Below are positions 28,191-37,375 of a DNA stretch of 64,000 nt, one piece after another. The first letter of the stretch is position 1. Every line of letters begins with the position of its first letter. Source of the DNA: Clostridia bacterium (GTDB lineage: Bacteria > Bacillota > Clostridia > Oscillospirales > CAG-272); the NCBI GenBank assembly GCA_017462485.1, contig JAFTRA010000018.1, forward strand, positions 13,667-77,666. The letters run 5' to 3'. A model generated the notes under the pieces. That model was not told the DNA's origin and did no database searches. It saw nothing but the letters and a program-made list of their open reading frames with translations. The translations under genes were made by a program, and so were the position numbers.

Positions 28191-29163
28191 CGGGAAGCTT
28201 TCCGCCGGTGAGTCCGACGCCTATATTGTTGTAGAATTCTACGAGTATGGATTTCATCTCGTCTCCGTCAACGTACGCGATGGCATTGCCGAGGTTAGTG
28301 AGAGATTTTTTAGCAGGTCCGACCGCACCGAGAACCTCTGCGTCAACTATATACTGCGCAGCTGTATCAAGATTTGCCTTGTTGCTCATAAATTCTATTG
28401 ATGCCTTGTATTCAGCGAGAAATGCATCAACGGTATCTTTGTTATTTGCTACAAAATCTTTGTTCGCTACGATGCAGCCCATAGCAATACCGTCCCATAC
28501 GTCTGATAGGTCTAGGGCCGTCGTATAAGTGTTACCCTTTGCTGCTGCCTGGAGAGGAGCCGCAGTTGCGACAGGCTCGGGAACGAGAGCAATATCAACC
28601 GCGCCCGCGATGATAGCAGATGCAAGGTCACTGGGCTGCGCCAGAGCCTTCGTTTCATTTCCTATAAGCGCGCTCGTTGAAATAGTAGCATTTATGTTCT
28701 TTTCTGCAAGTATGTGCTCAAGAATAACCTTGGGAGTTCCTGCGGAAATAGTGTATATTGTCTTACCTTCGAGGTCATCTATTGAAGAAACGGTTGTTCC
28801 GTCCTTTGTCAGAACGTAAAGGGAATTGAGGCAGTTCAATGCGAGAACCTGCCAGGGCGCATTGTTTTTGTTATACATAACCGCTGCGTTGTTGGTAGGA
28901 ACGCAAGCCATATCAATCTTTCCTGCGAGGAGAGCGCTTTGAGCGTCGTTTACATTTTCGTATTTAACGAATTGGTACTTTTCATTACCGGCCTTTCCAC
29001 CGTTATCGTTAATAAGCTTTGCCATACCCATTCCCGTGGGTCCTTGCATATATCCTATACGGATAACGGGATCTTTTGTTTCCGTGTCATCATTCTTGTT
29101 GCAAGCAACAAGTGAGGTAACAGTAAGGGTTAGTGCGAGTAAAAGTGCGAATAATTTTTTCAT
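28165..29163 (-). CDS. ABC transporter substrate-binding lipoprotein (NMT1/SsuA-like)
   Basis: 332 aa. The lipoprotein signal peptide has the lipobox LVAC. The fold looks like a periplasmic binding protein. The substrate is unknown. Confidence 0.8.
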   Translation of the reverse strand: MKKLFALLLALTLTVTSLVACNKNDDTETKDPVIRIGYMQGPTGMGMAKLINDNGGKAGNEKYQFVKYENVNDAQSALLAGKIDMACVPTNNAAVMYNKNNAPWQVLALNCLNSLYVLTKDGTTVSSIDDLEGKTIYTISAGTPKVILEHILAEKNINATISTSALIGNETKALAQPSDLASAIIAGAVDIALVPEPVATAAPLQAAAKGNTYTTALDLSDVWDGIAMGCIVANKDFVANNKDTVDAFLAEYKASIEFMSNKANLDTAAQYIVDAEVLGAVGPAKKSLTNLGNAIAYVDGDEMKSILVEFYNNIGVGLTGGKLPDDNFYYKK

Positions 29164-29166
29164 TTT

Positions 29167-29832
29167 TTATATCCTTTCGAGCCCTTCGGGGCAAATTATA
29201 ATTATTTCCTTTTGTTTGACCTCGATGATTTTTTTATCTATCAAAAAATCAAGGTCACGGTATAACGACGCGCGTCCAACACCTATTTCCGAAGATAGCT
29301 TTGTGCGTGACACGGAAATCCGAGCGCCTTTTTCGCCATATTCGAGAAGCAGATAAGAAGCGAGCTTCTTCAAAGTGCTTTTTTCGGAAAAGGTAGCGAT
29401 TTTTTTGTTAAGGAATCCTATCCTCGACGATAAAAAGCCGATAACGTTCATGGAAACGCTGGGATACTTTTTGATAACTGCCAGAAAATCTTCTGCCGGA
29501 ATGAACAAAACGGAAGCGTTTTTTATAGCCCTGATTCTTGTTGGATACTCCGAATCGGGAGAGAGTACGGAAAGAATACCAAATGAAGAGCACTTTGTCA
29601 GCGTATTCAAGTAAATAGCATCGTCACCGTCTCTTACTCTTTCGACAGCACATTCTCCATTTATTACAAAGCCGATTTTTTTCTGAAAGCATGATGGCGA
29701 AAAAATAACCTCTCCCTTGTCAAAGGTTGAAATGGAGTAATTTATTTCCTCAAAAATTGCGTTTATCGTTCGCTCTTTAAGATTTCTGAAAGGGAAAAGA
29801 TTCGATACAAAATCCAAATGTTCTGCCTTCAT
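29167..29832 (-). CDS. Crp/Fnr family transcriptional regulator
   Basis: I moved the start to ATG 29832, which follows an AAGGAGAG SD. It has a cNMP-binding-like N-terminal domain and a C-terminal HTH (RTKLSSEIGVGRASLYRDLDFL). Its stop lies 3 nt before the SBP start. Confidence 0.85.
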   Translation of the reverse strand: MKAEHLDFVSNLFPFRNLKERTINAIFEEINYSISTFDKGEVIFSPSCFQKKIGFVINGECAVERVRDGDDAIYLNTLTKCSSFGILSVLSPDSEYPTRIRAIKNASVLFIPAEDFLAVIKKYPSVSMNVIGFLSSRIGFLNKKIATFSEKSTLKKLASYLLLEYGEKGARISVSRTKLSSEIGVGRASLYRDLDFLIDKKIIEVKQKEIIIICPEGLERI

Positions 29833-29851
29833 GTTCTCTCCTTTATATAAA

Positions 29852-29881
29852 AAGTGTATCATTTGAGACAATTATACACTT
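29852..29881. promoter_or_regulatory. inverted repeat AAGTGTAT-N14-ATACACTT overlapping the crp promoter -10 and TSS region
   Basis: The 8-bp arms are perfect (29852-29859 and 29874-29881). It is a candidate autoregulatory operator, but the spacing is atypical for Crp/Fnr sites. Confidence 0.35.
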
Positions 29882-29899
29882 AAATTCGTGTTTTGTCAA
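29871..29899 (-). promoter_or_regulatory. sigma-A-type promoter for the crp-ABC importer operon
   Basis: On the minus strand: TTGACA, 17-nt spacer, TATAAT (both hexamers consensus). Confidence 0.6.
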
Positions 29900-29995
29900 T
29901 AGTAAAACTCTAACATTAACGATATTTTTTGAATTTAACCCTGTACCGTGGTAAAACGAGCCGCAAAAAAATGTCAAAAAACTCACTTAAAAGGA

Positions 29996-30024
29996 TTGCA
30001 ATTCAAAGAAAACTGTGTTATACT
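29996..30024 (+). promoter_or_regulatory. sigma-A-type promoter for cdaA
   Basis: TTGCAA (29996-30001), 17-nt spacer ending in TGT, TATACT (30019-30024). Confidence 0.5.
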
Positions 30025-30082
30025 AATGTGTGTAATTAAAAATAAATGCAAGTTTTGCGTGCATATATATAACGGAGTCAAT

Positions 30083-31114
30083 ATGAAAACTTTACTTGAT
30101 GTGGGCGCTGCGGGTATCGGAATGAACCTGAGTGGGCTTTGGAGCGATCTTAAGTCTGCGTTCCTTTCATTCACCCTGTTTGACGCTATTGATATATTGC
30201 TTCTCGCGTTTCTTTTCTTCTGCGTGTTTAAATTCTTCAAGGGAAAGAAAGGCGGAGCCTTGCTGTCCGGAATAGCAATTTGTCTTGTTCTTTGGTTTAT
30301 ATCTACTACGTTAAACCTTAACGGAACGTCGTTCATATTCTCAAAAATCTTTGAAATAGGCGTTATCGCCTTAATAATCATATTCCAGCCAGAGATACGT
30401 GACGTGCTCGAGCGTTTGGGCTCGGGTCCTCTTAACGGAATTATGAGCTTTGGCGACCAAAAGAAAAAGCAGCAGCTTTATTATACTGCCGTTGATAATA
30501 TCTGCGCTGCAGTGAGCGACCTTTCCAGAACAAAGACGGGCGCTCTTATCGTGCTTTCAAGAACCACTAGTCTCGACGATATAATTCAGTCGGGCGTGTC
30601 GATAAATGCGGATACCAATTCATTCCTCTTGCGTAATTTGTTTTTCAACAAAGCTCCTCTTCACGACGGAGCAGTCGTAATAGACGAAGCGCGAGTTGTT
30701 GCGGCGGGTTGCCTTTTGCCGTTGACGAGGCGTCAGGATATCGACAGTGATCTAGGCACGCGTCACAGAGCTGCGGTTGGAATGAGTGAAATAAGCGATG
30801 CTATTATTATCGTTGTTTCCGAGGAAACGGGAATTATTTCCGTAGCGTCTGACTTTACTCTTACGAGAAACTATACCACCGACTCGCTCCGAAGCTTTCT
30901 TCTTAAGGCTTGGGTAAAGGATAAGTCGGAGGGCGCTGCAAAAACGAAAAGCGATACCTATAGCGGTAAAAAGCTTTTCGGAGTAAGACTCAGCACTTAC
31001 GCAGCGGTTCTTCTCAGCGTTTTATGCGCAGTAATTTTTTGGCTTTATGTTAAAATCGTCCCCCATACCTTGGCGTCACAAGAAATGGCGTTCTTATCAA
31101 GATGGATACTATGA
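30083..31114 (+). CDS. cdaA: diadenylate cyclase CdaA with a C-terminal extension containing an extra TM helix
   Basis: ATG 30083 follows an ACGGAG SD. Three N-terminal TM helices precede a DAC domain (LHDGAVVI, GTRHRAA, VSEETG). The last 60 aa or so (...LLSVLCAVIFWLYVKIV...) are not part of a canonical CdaA. Confidence 0.9.
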   Translation: MKTLLDVGAAGIGMNLSGLWSDLKSAFLSFTLFDAIDILLLAFLFFCVFKFFKGKKGGALLSGIAICLVLWFISTTLNLNGTSFIFSKIFEIGVIALIIIFQPEIRDVLERLGSGPLNGIMSFGDQKKKQQLYYTAVDNICAAVSDLSRTKTGALIVLSRTTSLDDIIQSGVSINADTNSFLLRNLFFNKAPLHDGAVVIDEARVVAAGCLLPLTRRQDIDSDLGTRHRAAVGMSEISDAIIIVVSEETGIISVASDFTLTRNYTTDSLRSFLLKAWVKDKSEGAAKTKSDTYSGKKLFGVRLSTYAAVLLSVLCAVIFWLYVKIVPHTLASQEMAFLSRWIL

Positions 31115-31159
31115 AGTTGACGGATTTATTCGTCTCTTCCTGCTCTGTTTGGAGGAAAA

Positions 31160-32785
31160 ATGAGTCATAATACTCGAAAATTGATTGTTAACAATATAAA
31201 ATTGCCAACTGACGCCTCTATCGAAGAGGCGTTTTCAGTTGCTGAAAGTAAGCTTAAAAAGGCTTCCGTTTCCGTTAAGTCACCGAGCTACTCTATATAT
31301 AGAAAGAGTATAGACGCAAGGAAAAAAGACGATATAAAATTTGTTTATTCGGTTTGCGTTAAGGGAGAGTTCGGTAAGATTTCAGAGAAAAGTCTTGCCA
31401 TTGCGGGCGCTTCTCTCGAAAAATCCGAGCTGCCTAAGGCCGAATTCGGAAATGAGATTCTTGAAGCTTCACCAGTAATTGTCGGCTCGGGTCCTTGCGG
31501 TCTTTTTGCGGCTCTTATGCTTGCGGAAAACGGTTATCGTCCGATAGTACTTGAGCGAGGCGGCAGCGTAACGGAACGCGTTTCGGAAATCGAAAAATTC
31601 AAAAAAACGAGAATTTTAAATACTGAAACGAACATTCAGTTCGGAGCCGGCGGAGCAGGCACGTTTTCGGACGGAAAGCTTATCACGAGAATTAACGACG
31701 GAATGTCGTCGTACGTTCTTGAAAAATTCGTAGAATTCGGCGCGCCCGAAGAGATTTTGTATCTTGCAAAGCCGCATATAGGAACGGATATTCTTTGCGG
31801 TGTTGTCGATAGAATGATAAACAGAATAGAAGAGCTTGGTGGAGAAGTGAGGTTCCATACCAAATTTCTCGGCGCAAACTTTTCGTCATCTAAAATTACC
31901 GAGGTTTATACAAGCTCGGGAAAGATAAATGCGGGAGCGCTTCTTCTCGCTGTCGGTCATAGCGCGAGAGACACCTATGAGACGCTCTTGTCCTCGGGGA
32001 TTTCAATAGAAGCTAAAAACTTTTCGGTAGGAATGCGAATAGAGCATTTATGCGAAACGATAGACGAGGGGATGTACGGCAAGATGGCAGGCAATTCTGC
32101 TCTTGGCCACGCTGAATATGCGCTGTCGTATAACACGAAGGAGCGAGGAGTATATACGTTTTGTATGTGTCCCGGCGGCGAGGTAGTTGCCGCAGCCAGC
32201 GAGTGCGGAGGCGTTGTGGTTAACGGAATGAGCGCTCATAAAAGAGACGGCAGAAATTCAAACAGTGCAGTTGTATGCTCCATATTCAAGGAGGACTACG
32301 GTAGCAACCCGTTATCCGCAATAGAATTTCAGAGAAAAATTGAGAGAGCGGCCTTCAAGGCGGGTGGCGAGGATTATTCCGCGCCTATGATAACCTTTGG
32401 AGATTTTGCCGACGGAAAGATTTCCCGCGAGCCCTCACGCGTCATTCCAACGTATATGGGTGGCGAGGGAGTGAAGCTTGCTTCACCTTACGAATATCTC
32501 CCGACCAACGTATGCGATTTGATCAAAAACGCTATTTTTGATTTTGATAAAAAAATTCACGGCTTTGCCGACAGAGACGCTGTATTGACAGGTCCCGAGA
32601 CACGTACGAGCGCGCCCCTCAGAATCTTGAGGAGTAATGAAACACGCCTTGCGCTCGGATTTGAGAACTTTTACCCTGCAGGCGAGGGCGCAGGATATGC
32701 AGGCGGAATAACGAGCGCCGCAATCGACGGTGTTCGCACAGCCCTTGCGATGATGAAAAAATATAAATCTAAAACTGACGCTTAA
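31160..32785 (+). CDS. uncharacterized FAD-dependent protein (COG2509-like dehydrogenase)
   Basis: 541 aa. A Rossmann motif VVGSGPCGLFAAL follows an N-terminal domain of about 100 aa, and GAGGAGTFSDGKL is present. Confidence 0.72.
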   Translation: MSHNTRKLIVNNIKLPTDASIEEAFSVAESKLKKASVSVKSPSYSIYRKSIDARKKDDIKFVYSVCVKGEFGKISEKSLAIAGASLEKSELPKAEFGNEILEASPVIVGSGPCGLFAALMLAENGYRPIVLERGGSVTERVSEIEKFKKTRILNTETNIQFGAGGAGTFSDGKLITRINDGMSSYVLEKFVEFGAPEEILYLAKPHIGTDILCGVVDRMINRIEELGGEVRFHTKFLGANFSSSKITEVYTSSGKINAGALLLAVGHSARDTYETLLSSGISIEAKNFSVGMRIEHLCETIDEGMYGKMAGNSALGHAEYALSYNTKERGVYTFCMCPGGEVVAAASECGGVVVNGMSAHKRDGRNSNSAVVCSIFKEDYGSNPLSAIEFQRKIERAAFKAGGEDYSAPMITFGDFADGKISREPSRVIPTYMGGEGVKLASPYEYLPTNVCDLIKNAIFDFDKKIHGFADRDAVLTGPETRTSAPLRILRSNETRLALGFENFYPAGEGAGYAGGITSAAIDGVRTALAMMKKYKSKTDA

Positions 32786-32844
32786 AAAAGCGTATCAAGG
32801 AATTTTATATATTCGGGTGAAATTAAGACCGAAATAATTATCTT

Positions 32845-32875
32845 CAAGAGTGCGCAGATTTGGTGCGTGCTCTTG
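32845..32875 (+). other. strand-specific RNA hairpin between the FAD-protein gene and recJ
   Basis: CAAGAGTGCGCA pairs with TGCGTGCTCTTG over 12 bp. The two G-U pairs would be C-A mismatches on the minus strand. No U-tract follows. Confidence 0.4.
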
Positions 32876-32933
32876 CCTAAGCTGTTATTAATATTGGAAG
32901 GCGAGTTTTTACTCGACTAATGGTTTTAAATAA

Positions 32934-35126
32934 ATGAACAAAAGAAAAATCAAAACAAAGGAGAAGAAATGGCTGATAAAAAATACCGTTTCAGAGGAAT
33001 CAGCGCTTAAAATAAGCGAAATTTCAGAGAGTCTCGGTATAAACCCAATAATAGCAAATCTTCTTTACGGCAGAGGGTATCAAGACGTAGTTTCTGCCAA
33101 AAAATTCTTGTATATGGAGTCGGAAATTCTCACCGATCCGTACAGTATGGTTGATATGAAGCCTGCGGTTGAAAGAATTGCGGAGGCTATCAGAAAAAAC
33201 GAGAAAATAACTATTTACGGAGATTATGACGTTGACGGAGTTACTTCGGTATGTACGTTGTATCTCTATCTGAAATCGTATGGCGCAGACGTAAATTACT
33301 ACATACCAAACCGTATAGGCGACGGTTACGGAGTTTCCGAAGCGGCTATATCTTCGCTTGCCGAAGAGGGTACTAAGCTTATAATAACGGTTGATACGGG
33401 TATTACCGCAGACGCAGAGGTAGCATTTGCGAAAACTGTGGGTGTCGATTTTGTTATCACAGACCATCACGAATGCCGTCAGATTCTTCCCGAGGCATCG
33501 GCAGTAGTAAACCCTCACCGCCCCGATTGCCCGTCAAAGTTCAAAGAGCTTGCGGGAGTCGGCGTTGTGTTCAAGCTTCTTTGCGCCTGCGAGGAAGTCT
33601 TTGCTAAAAAAAGCAGCAAAGACGCTGCGTTATCTATAGTGTCGCAGTACGCTGACCTTGTAGCGATAGGAACGATAGCCGACGTTATGCCGATAAAGGA
33701 AGAAAACCGCCTTATAGTAAGCTACGGACTTTCTATGATGGAGAGGTCACCCAGGATAGGTGTTATGGCTCTTGTAGAAGCGGCTGTTGGCAAGAATGAG
33801 GCGCAGCGTATGGCGAATAAGAGAAAACGCACCAAAATAACCTCGGGATATATAGGATACACCCTCGCTCCCCGAATAAACGCAGCAGGCAGAATCAGGT
33901 CTGCAAGCATTGCCGTTGAGCTGTTCTTATCATCTGATTACGAATCGGCTTATAAAATTGCCGAGGAGCTTTGCGAGGCAAACAGAGAGCGTCAGAATGA
34001 GGAAAACAGAATAATCGAAGAAGCGTTCAAAAAGATAGAGAAGAACGGTTACGACAATATGCCGGTTATCGTACTTGACGCTGATAATTGGCATCACGGT
34101 GTCATAGGAATAGTTTCATCAAGAATAACAGAGAAATATTCCAGACCGTCGATACTCGTTTCCTTTGAGGGAAACAATTCGGACACTCCCCAGCCGACTG
34201 ATATAGGTAAGGGCTCGGGCAGAAGCATAAAGGGAATGAACCTAGTTGACGCACTTTGCTATTGCAGTGACAAGCTTGTAAAATTCGGAGGTCACGAGCT
34301 TGCCGCAGGACTTTCGGTTACAAGGGAAAATCTCGACGCGTTCAGAGAAAAAATCAATGAGTACGCAAAATCAACTCTCACCGAAGAGGATATGATTCCT
34401 ACGGCAAGTGCCGATATTGAGATTGAGCTTACCGACGCAAACATTGAGCTTGCCGATGAATTGCGTATTCTCGAGCCCTACGGCGTCGGAAACCCGATAC
34501 CCGCATTCGTAATAAGAGGCGCAACGCTTACCGAGATTTCTCCAATAAGCGAGGGAAAGCATACAAGATTCGCATTTACCGACGGCAAGCGCGCGATAGT
34601 CGGAATGTTCTTCTCATGCAGACACGAGAGCCTGGGCCTTTACGTTGGTGACAGGGTTGACGTTTTGTTTAACATTGACGTAAACGAATGGGCGGGAAGA
34701 AGAAACGTTCAGCTTATCGTCAGGGACATAAAGCAGTCGGATTCGACACGCTCTTTGATGCAAAGAGAATACGACCGTTTCGAAGAAATATGGTCAGGCG
34801 CAAGATTTTCTCCCGATGAAGAGATTTTACCCACGAGAGATGATTTTGCGGTTGTTTACAGAATGCTTGTTGCCTCCGTAAGAAGCGGTGTTGATACTCT
34901 TACCGTAAGAGATATAATTTTCAGACTCTCGCAGATTAAGGACGCATCAAAAATAGGATACGTTAAGCTTTTGGTTATTATCAAGGTTATGCAGGAGCTC
35001 AATCTTATGGGCATCACGGAAACCGACGACCAGACTTACCGTTTTAGCATACAGTATAAATCGGGCAAAACCGAGCTCGATAAATCAAATTTATTGAGAA
35101 GGCTGCGCTCACAACAAAACATATAA
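32934..35126 (+). CDS. recJ: single-stranded-DNA-specific exonuclease RecJ
   Basis: 730 aa. DHH motifs YGDYDVDGVTS, ITVDTGI and ITDHH and the DHHA1 motif GGHELAAG are present. ATG 32934 has no clear SD, so the start is uncertain. Confidence 0.9.
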   Translation: MNKRKIKTKEKKWLIKNTVSEESALKISEISESLGINPIIANLLYGRGYQDVVSAKKFLYMESEILTDPYSMVDMKPAVERIAEAIRKNEKITIYGDYDVDGVTSVCTLYLYLKSYGADVNYYIPNRIGDGYGVSEAAISSLAEEGTKLIITVDTGITADAEVAFAKTVGVDFVITDHHECRQILPEASAVVNPHRPDCPSKFKELAGVGVVFKLLCACEEVFAKKSSKDAALSIVSQYADLVAIGTIADVMPIKEENRLIVSYGLSMMERSPRIGVMALVEAAVGKNEAQRMANKRKRTKITSGYIGYTLAPRINAAGRIRSASIAVELFLSSDYESAYKIAEELCEANRERQNEENRIIEEAFKKIEKNGYDNMPVIVLDADNWHHGVIGIVSSRITEKYSRPSILVSFEGNNSDTPQPTDIGKGSGRSIKGMNLVDALCYCSDKLVKFGGHELAAGLSVTRENLDAFREKINEYAKSTLTEEDMIPTASADIEIELTDANIELADELRILEPYGVGNPIPAFVIRGATLTEISPISEGKHTRFAFTDGKRAIVGMFFSCRHESLGLYVGDRVDVLFNIDVNEWAGRRNVQLIVRDIKQSDSTRSLMQREYDRFEEIWSGARFSPDEEILPTRDDFAVVYRMLVASVRSGVDTLTVRDIIFRLSQIKDASKIGYVKLLVIIKVMQELNLMGITETDDQTYRFSIQYKSGKTELDKSNLLRRLRSQQNI

Positions 35127-35139
35127 ATTGGTAAAGATT

Positions 35140-37359
35140 ATGAACGAATTGATGAAGCCGTTACTTGACGTGATTCAAGGAAATGAGCGAAATTACGATT
35201 ACGAAAAAATTACTAAAGCGTTTGAATATGCCGCAAAAATGCACGAGGGGCAGTTCAGACAGAGCGGCGAGCCGTACGTAAGCCACCCTGTTGCCGTTGC
35301 CACTATCGTCGCAGAGCTTGGTCTCGATACCGATTCTATTACGGCGGCGCTTCTGCACGATACTGTTGAGGATTGCGCGGATAAAACCGACCTTAATACT
35401 ATTGCAAATCTTTTTGGAAAAGACGTATCTATGCTTGTTGACGGTCTGACGAAAATTATTCAGGTGCAGATTGCCGATAAAGAAGAAGCTCATATAGAAA
35501 ATATCCGTAAGATGCTTCTCGCTATGAATAAGGATATCCGAGTAATATTCATAAAGCTTTGCGACAGACTTCATAATATGCGAACTCTTTCGGCAAAGAA
35601 AGAGGATAGGCAGAGAGCTATCGCGCTTGAAACAATGTATATCTATGCTCCTCTTGCGCACAGACTCGGTATGCAAAGAATCAAGCAGGAGCTTGAAAAT
35701 CTCAGCTTGTATTATCTTGACCCTATCGGATATGCCGAGGTTGAGGAAGCAATAAATAAAAAATACGGTATAAGCCGTGACTTTCTTCACGACGCAAAAA
35801 AGGAGCTTTCCGATAAGCTTCTTGAAAACAAAATCAATTTCAGCCTGAAGGGACGTATAAAATCCGTTTACAGCCTCTACAGAAAAATGTACACGTTCAA
35901 CAGAGCCTTTGATGAAATATACGACTTTTATGCTGTAAGAGTAATCGTAGAAACAGAACTCGAATGTTATACGGCGCTTGGTTTGGTCCACGAAATGTTT
36001 AAGTCAGTTCCCGGAAGATTCAAGGATTATATCTCAACTCCCAAGCCAAACCTTTACCGCTCACTTCATACAACGGTTATAGGTAAGAACGGTATTCCGT
36101 TTGAAGTTCAGATAAGAACCAGGGAGATGCACGAAGAGGCTGAATACGGTCTTGCTGCTCACTGGAAATACAAATCGGGTGAAAAATCAGGCTCTAATAT
36201 AGACGAAAAGCTTCGTTGGATAGCCCAGCTTCTTGAGTCTGATGAAAACACGAGAGATCCCGATGAATTTATGCGTTCGTTCAAAACGGATATATTCCAT
36301 GACGAGACCTTTGTTTTCACGCCAAAGGGCGACGTAATTTCTTTACCTCTCGGCTCGACCACGATAGACTTCGCCTACGCTATTCATTCTGCCGTCGGAA
36401 ATAAGATGATGGGAGCCAAAATTAACGGAGTAATAGTTCCGATAGATAAGGTTCCTCAAAACGGTGATATTATTGAAATTATCACTTCGCAGTCATCAAA
36501 GGGCCCCAGCAGAGACTGGCTTAAGATAGTAAAAACGGGCGCCGCAAGAAGTAAAATACGTCAGTGGTTCAAAAAAGAAAAGCGCGCTGAAAATATTACT
36601 CTCGGCAAGGCAGAGGTAGAAAAAGAAATAAAGAAAATAGGCAAAAACTTTACCGATGCGGAAATTGAAGAGGTAATCACAACTATTGCAAAGCGTGTCG
36701 GAATACAGGATGCCGATGATTTTTATAATACAATAGGCTTTGGCGGTATCTCTCTTTCAAGATTCATACCTAAAATGAAAGATGAGTTCGAAAAGATAGC
36801 AGCCGGTGATGAGCCTATTATAAAGACTACCGAAGACGAAATCAAAGAGGTTAAGCTTGCGACAAAGAGCAACCGTCTTCGTTCGACGGGCGGAATTATT
36901 ATCGACGGTGAGCGCGGTTGCCAAGTTAAGTTTGCAAAATGCTGCAATCCGCTACCAGGTGATAAAATCGTTGGATTTATTACGCGCGGCTTTGGTGTTT
37001 CTGTTCACAAGTCGGATTGCCCGAACGTAACGCTTTCACGCAGTGAGGATAACCTTTCCCGTTGGGTAAAGGCTGAATGGGATACTCCGGAGACGCAGAA
37101 CGCGCATTCGCAACAGACTTACGAGGCTATGATTCAGATAGTCGTTGAGGACGGTATAGGCGTTATAGCTTCGGTATCTGTCGCTCTTGCTGATATGAAG
37201 GTTTCCATAACCTCAATCAATACCCAGATACAAAAGGACGGTACTATGCTCGTTCATCTCGCTGTGGGTTGTAAAAATACGTCTCACTATGAGTCGATTG
37301 TTTCGAAGCTTCGTTCTTTGAAATCTGTAGTATCGGTTTCGAGAGGATTTTCACATTAA
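35140..37359 (+). CDS. relA: bifunctional (p)ppGpp synthetase/hydrolase (RelA/SpoT homolog)
   Basis: HD domain (HEGQFRQSGEPYVSHPV, LLHDTVED), synthetase domain (RIKSVYSLYRKM, DFYAVRVIV) and TGS and ACT regions are present. Confidence 0.93.
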   Translation: MNELMKPLLDVIQGNERNYDYEKITKAFEYAAKMHEGQFRQSGEPYVSHPVAVATIVAELGLDTDSITAALLHDTVEDCADKTDLNTIANLFGKDVSMLVDGLTKIIQVQIADKEEAHIENIRKMLLAMNKDIRVIFIKLCDRLHNMRTLSAKKEDRQRAIALETMYIYAPLAHRLGMQRIKQELENLSLYYLDPIGYAEVEEAINKKYGISRDFLHDAKKELSDKLLENKINFSLKGRIKSVYSLYRKMYTFNRAFDEIYDFYAVRVIVETELECYTALGLVHEMFKSVPGRFKDYISTPKPNLYRSLHTTVIGKNGIPFEVQIRTREMHEEAEYGLAAHWKYKSGEKSGSNIDEKLRWIAQLLESDENTRDPDEFMRSFKTDIFHDETFVFTPKGDVISLPLGSTTIDFAYAIHSAVGNKMMGAKINGVIVPIDKVPQNGDIIEIITSQSSKGPSRDWLKIVKTGAARSKIRQWFKKEKRAENITLGKAEVEKEIKKIGKNFTDAEIEEVITTIAKRVGIQDADDFYNTIGFGGISLSRFIPKMKDEFEKIAAGDEPIIKTTEDEIKEVKLATKSNRLRSTGGIIIDGERGCQVKFAKCCNPLPGDKIVGFITRGFGVSVHKSDCPNVTLSRSEDNLSRWVKAEWDTPETQNAHSQQTYEAMIQIVVEDGIGVIASVSVALADMKVSITSINTQIQKDGTMLVHLAVGCKNTSHYESIVSKLRSLKSVVSVSRGFSH

Positions 37360-37375
37360 ATAAGGGTGATTAATA

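Noticed and set aside
29164-29166. A TPP riboswitch expected upstream of an NMT1/ThiY-like substrate-binding protein gene.
   Set aside because: The SBP gene starts 3 nt after the crp-like gene stop, so there is no room for a riboswitch. I saw no TPP-like CUGAGA motif in the crp leader either.
32969-33010. A strong SD (AAAGGAG) with a well-spaced ATG at 32969 opening a 13-codon ORF (MADKKYRFRGISA), out of frame within the recJ 5' end.
   Set aside because: It is too short, has no recognisable product, and lies inside the conserved RecJ N-terminal coding region (KKWLIKN...). It is most likely a chance SD-like lysine/glutamate codon run. I kept it only as a caveat on the recJ start.
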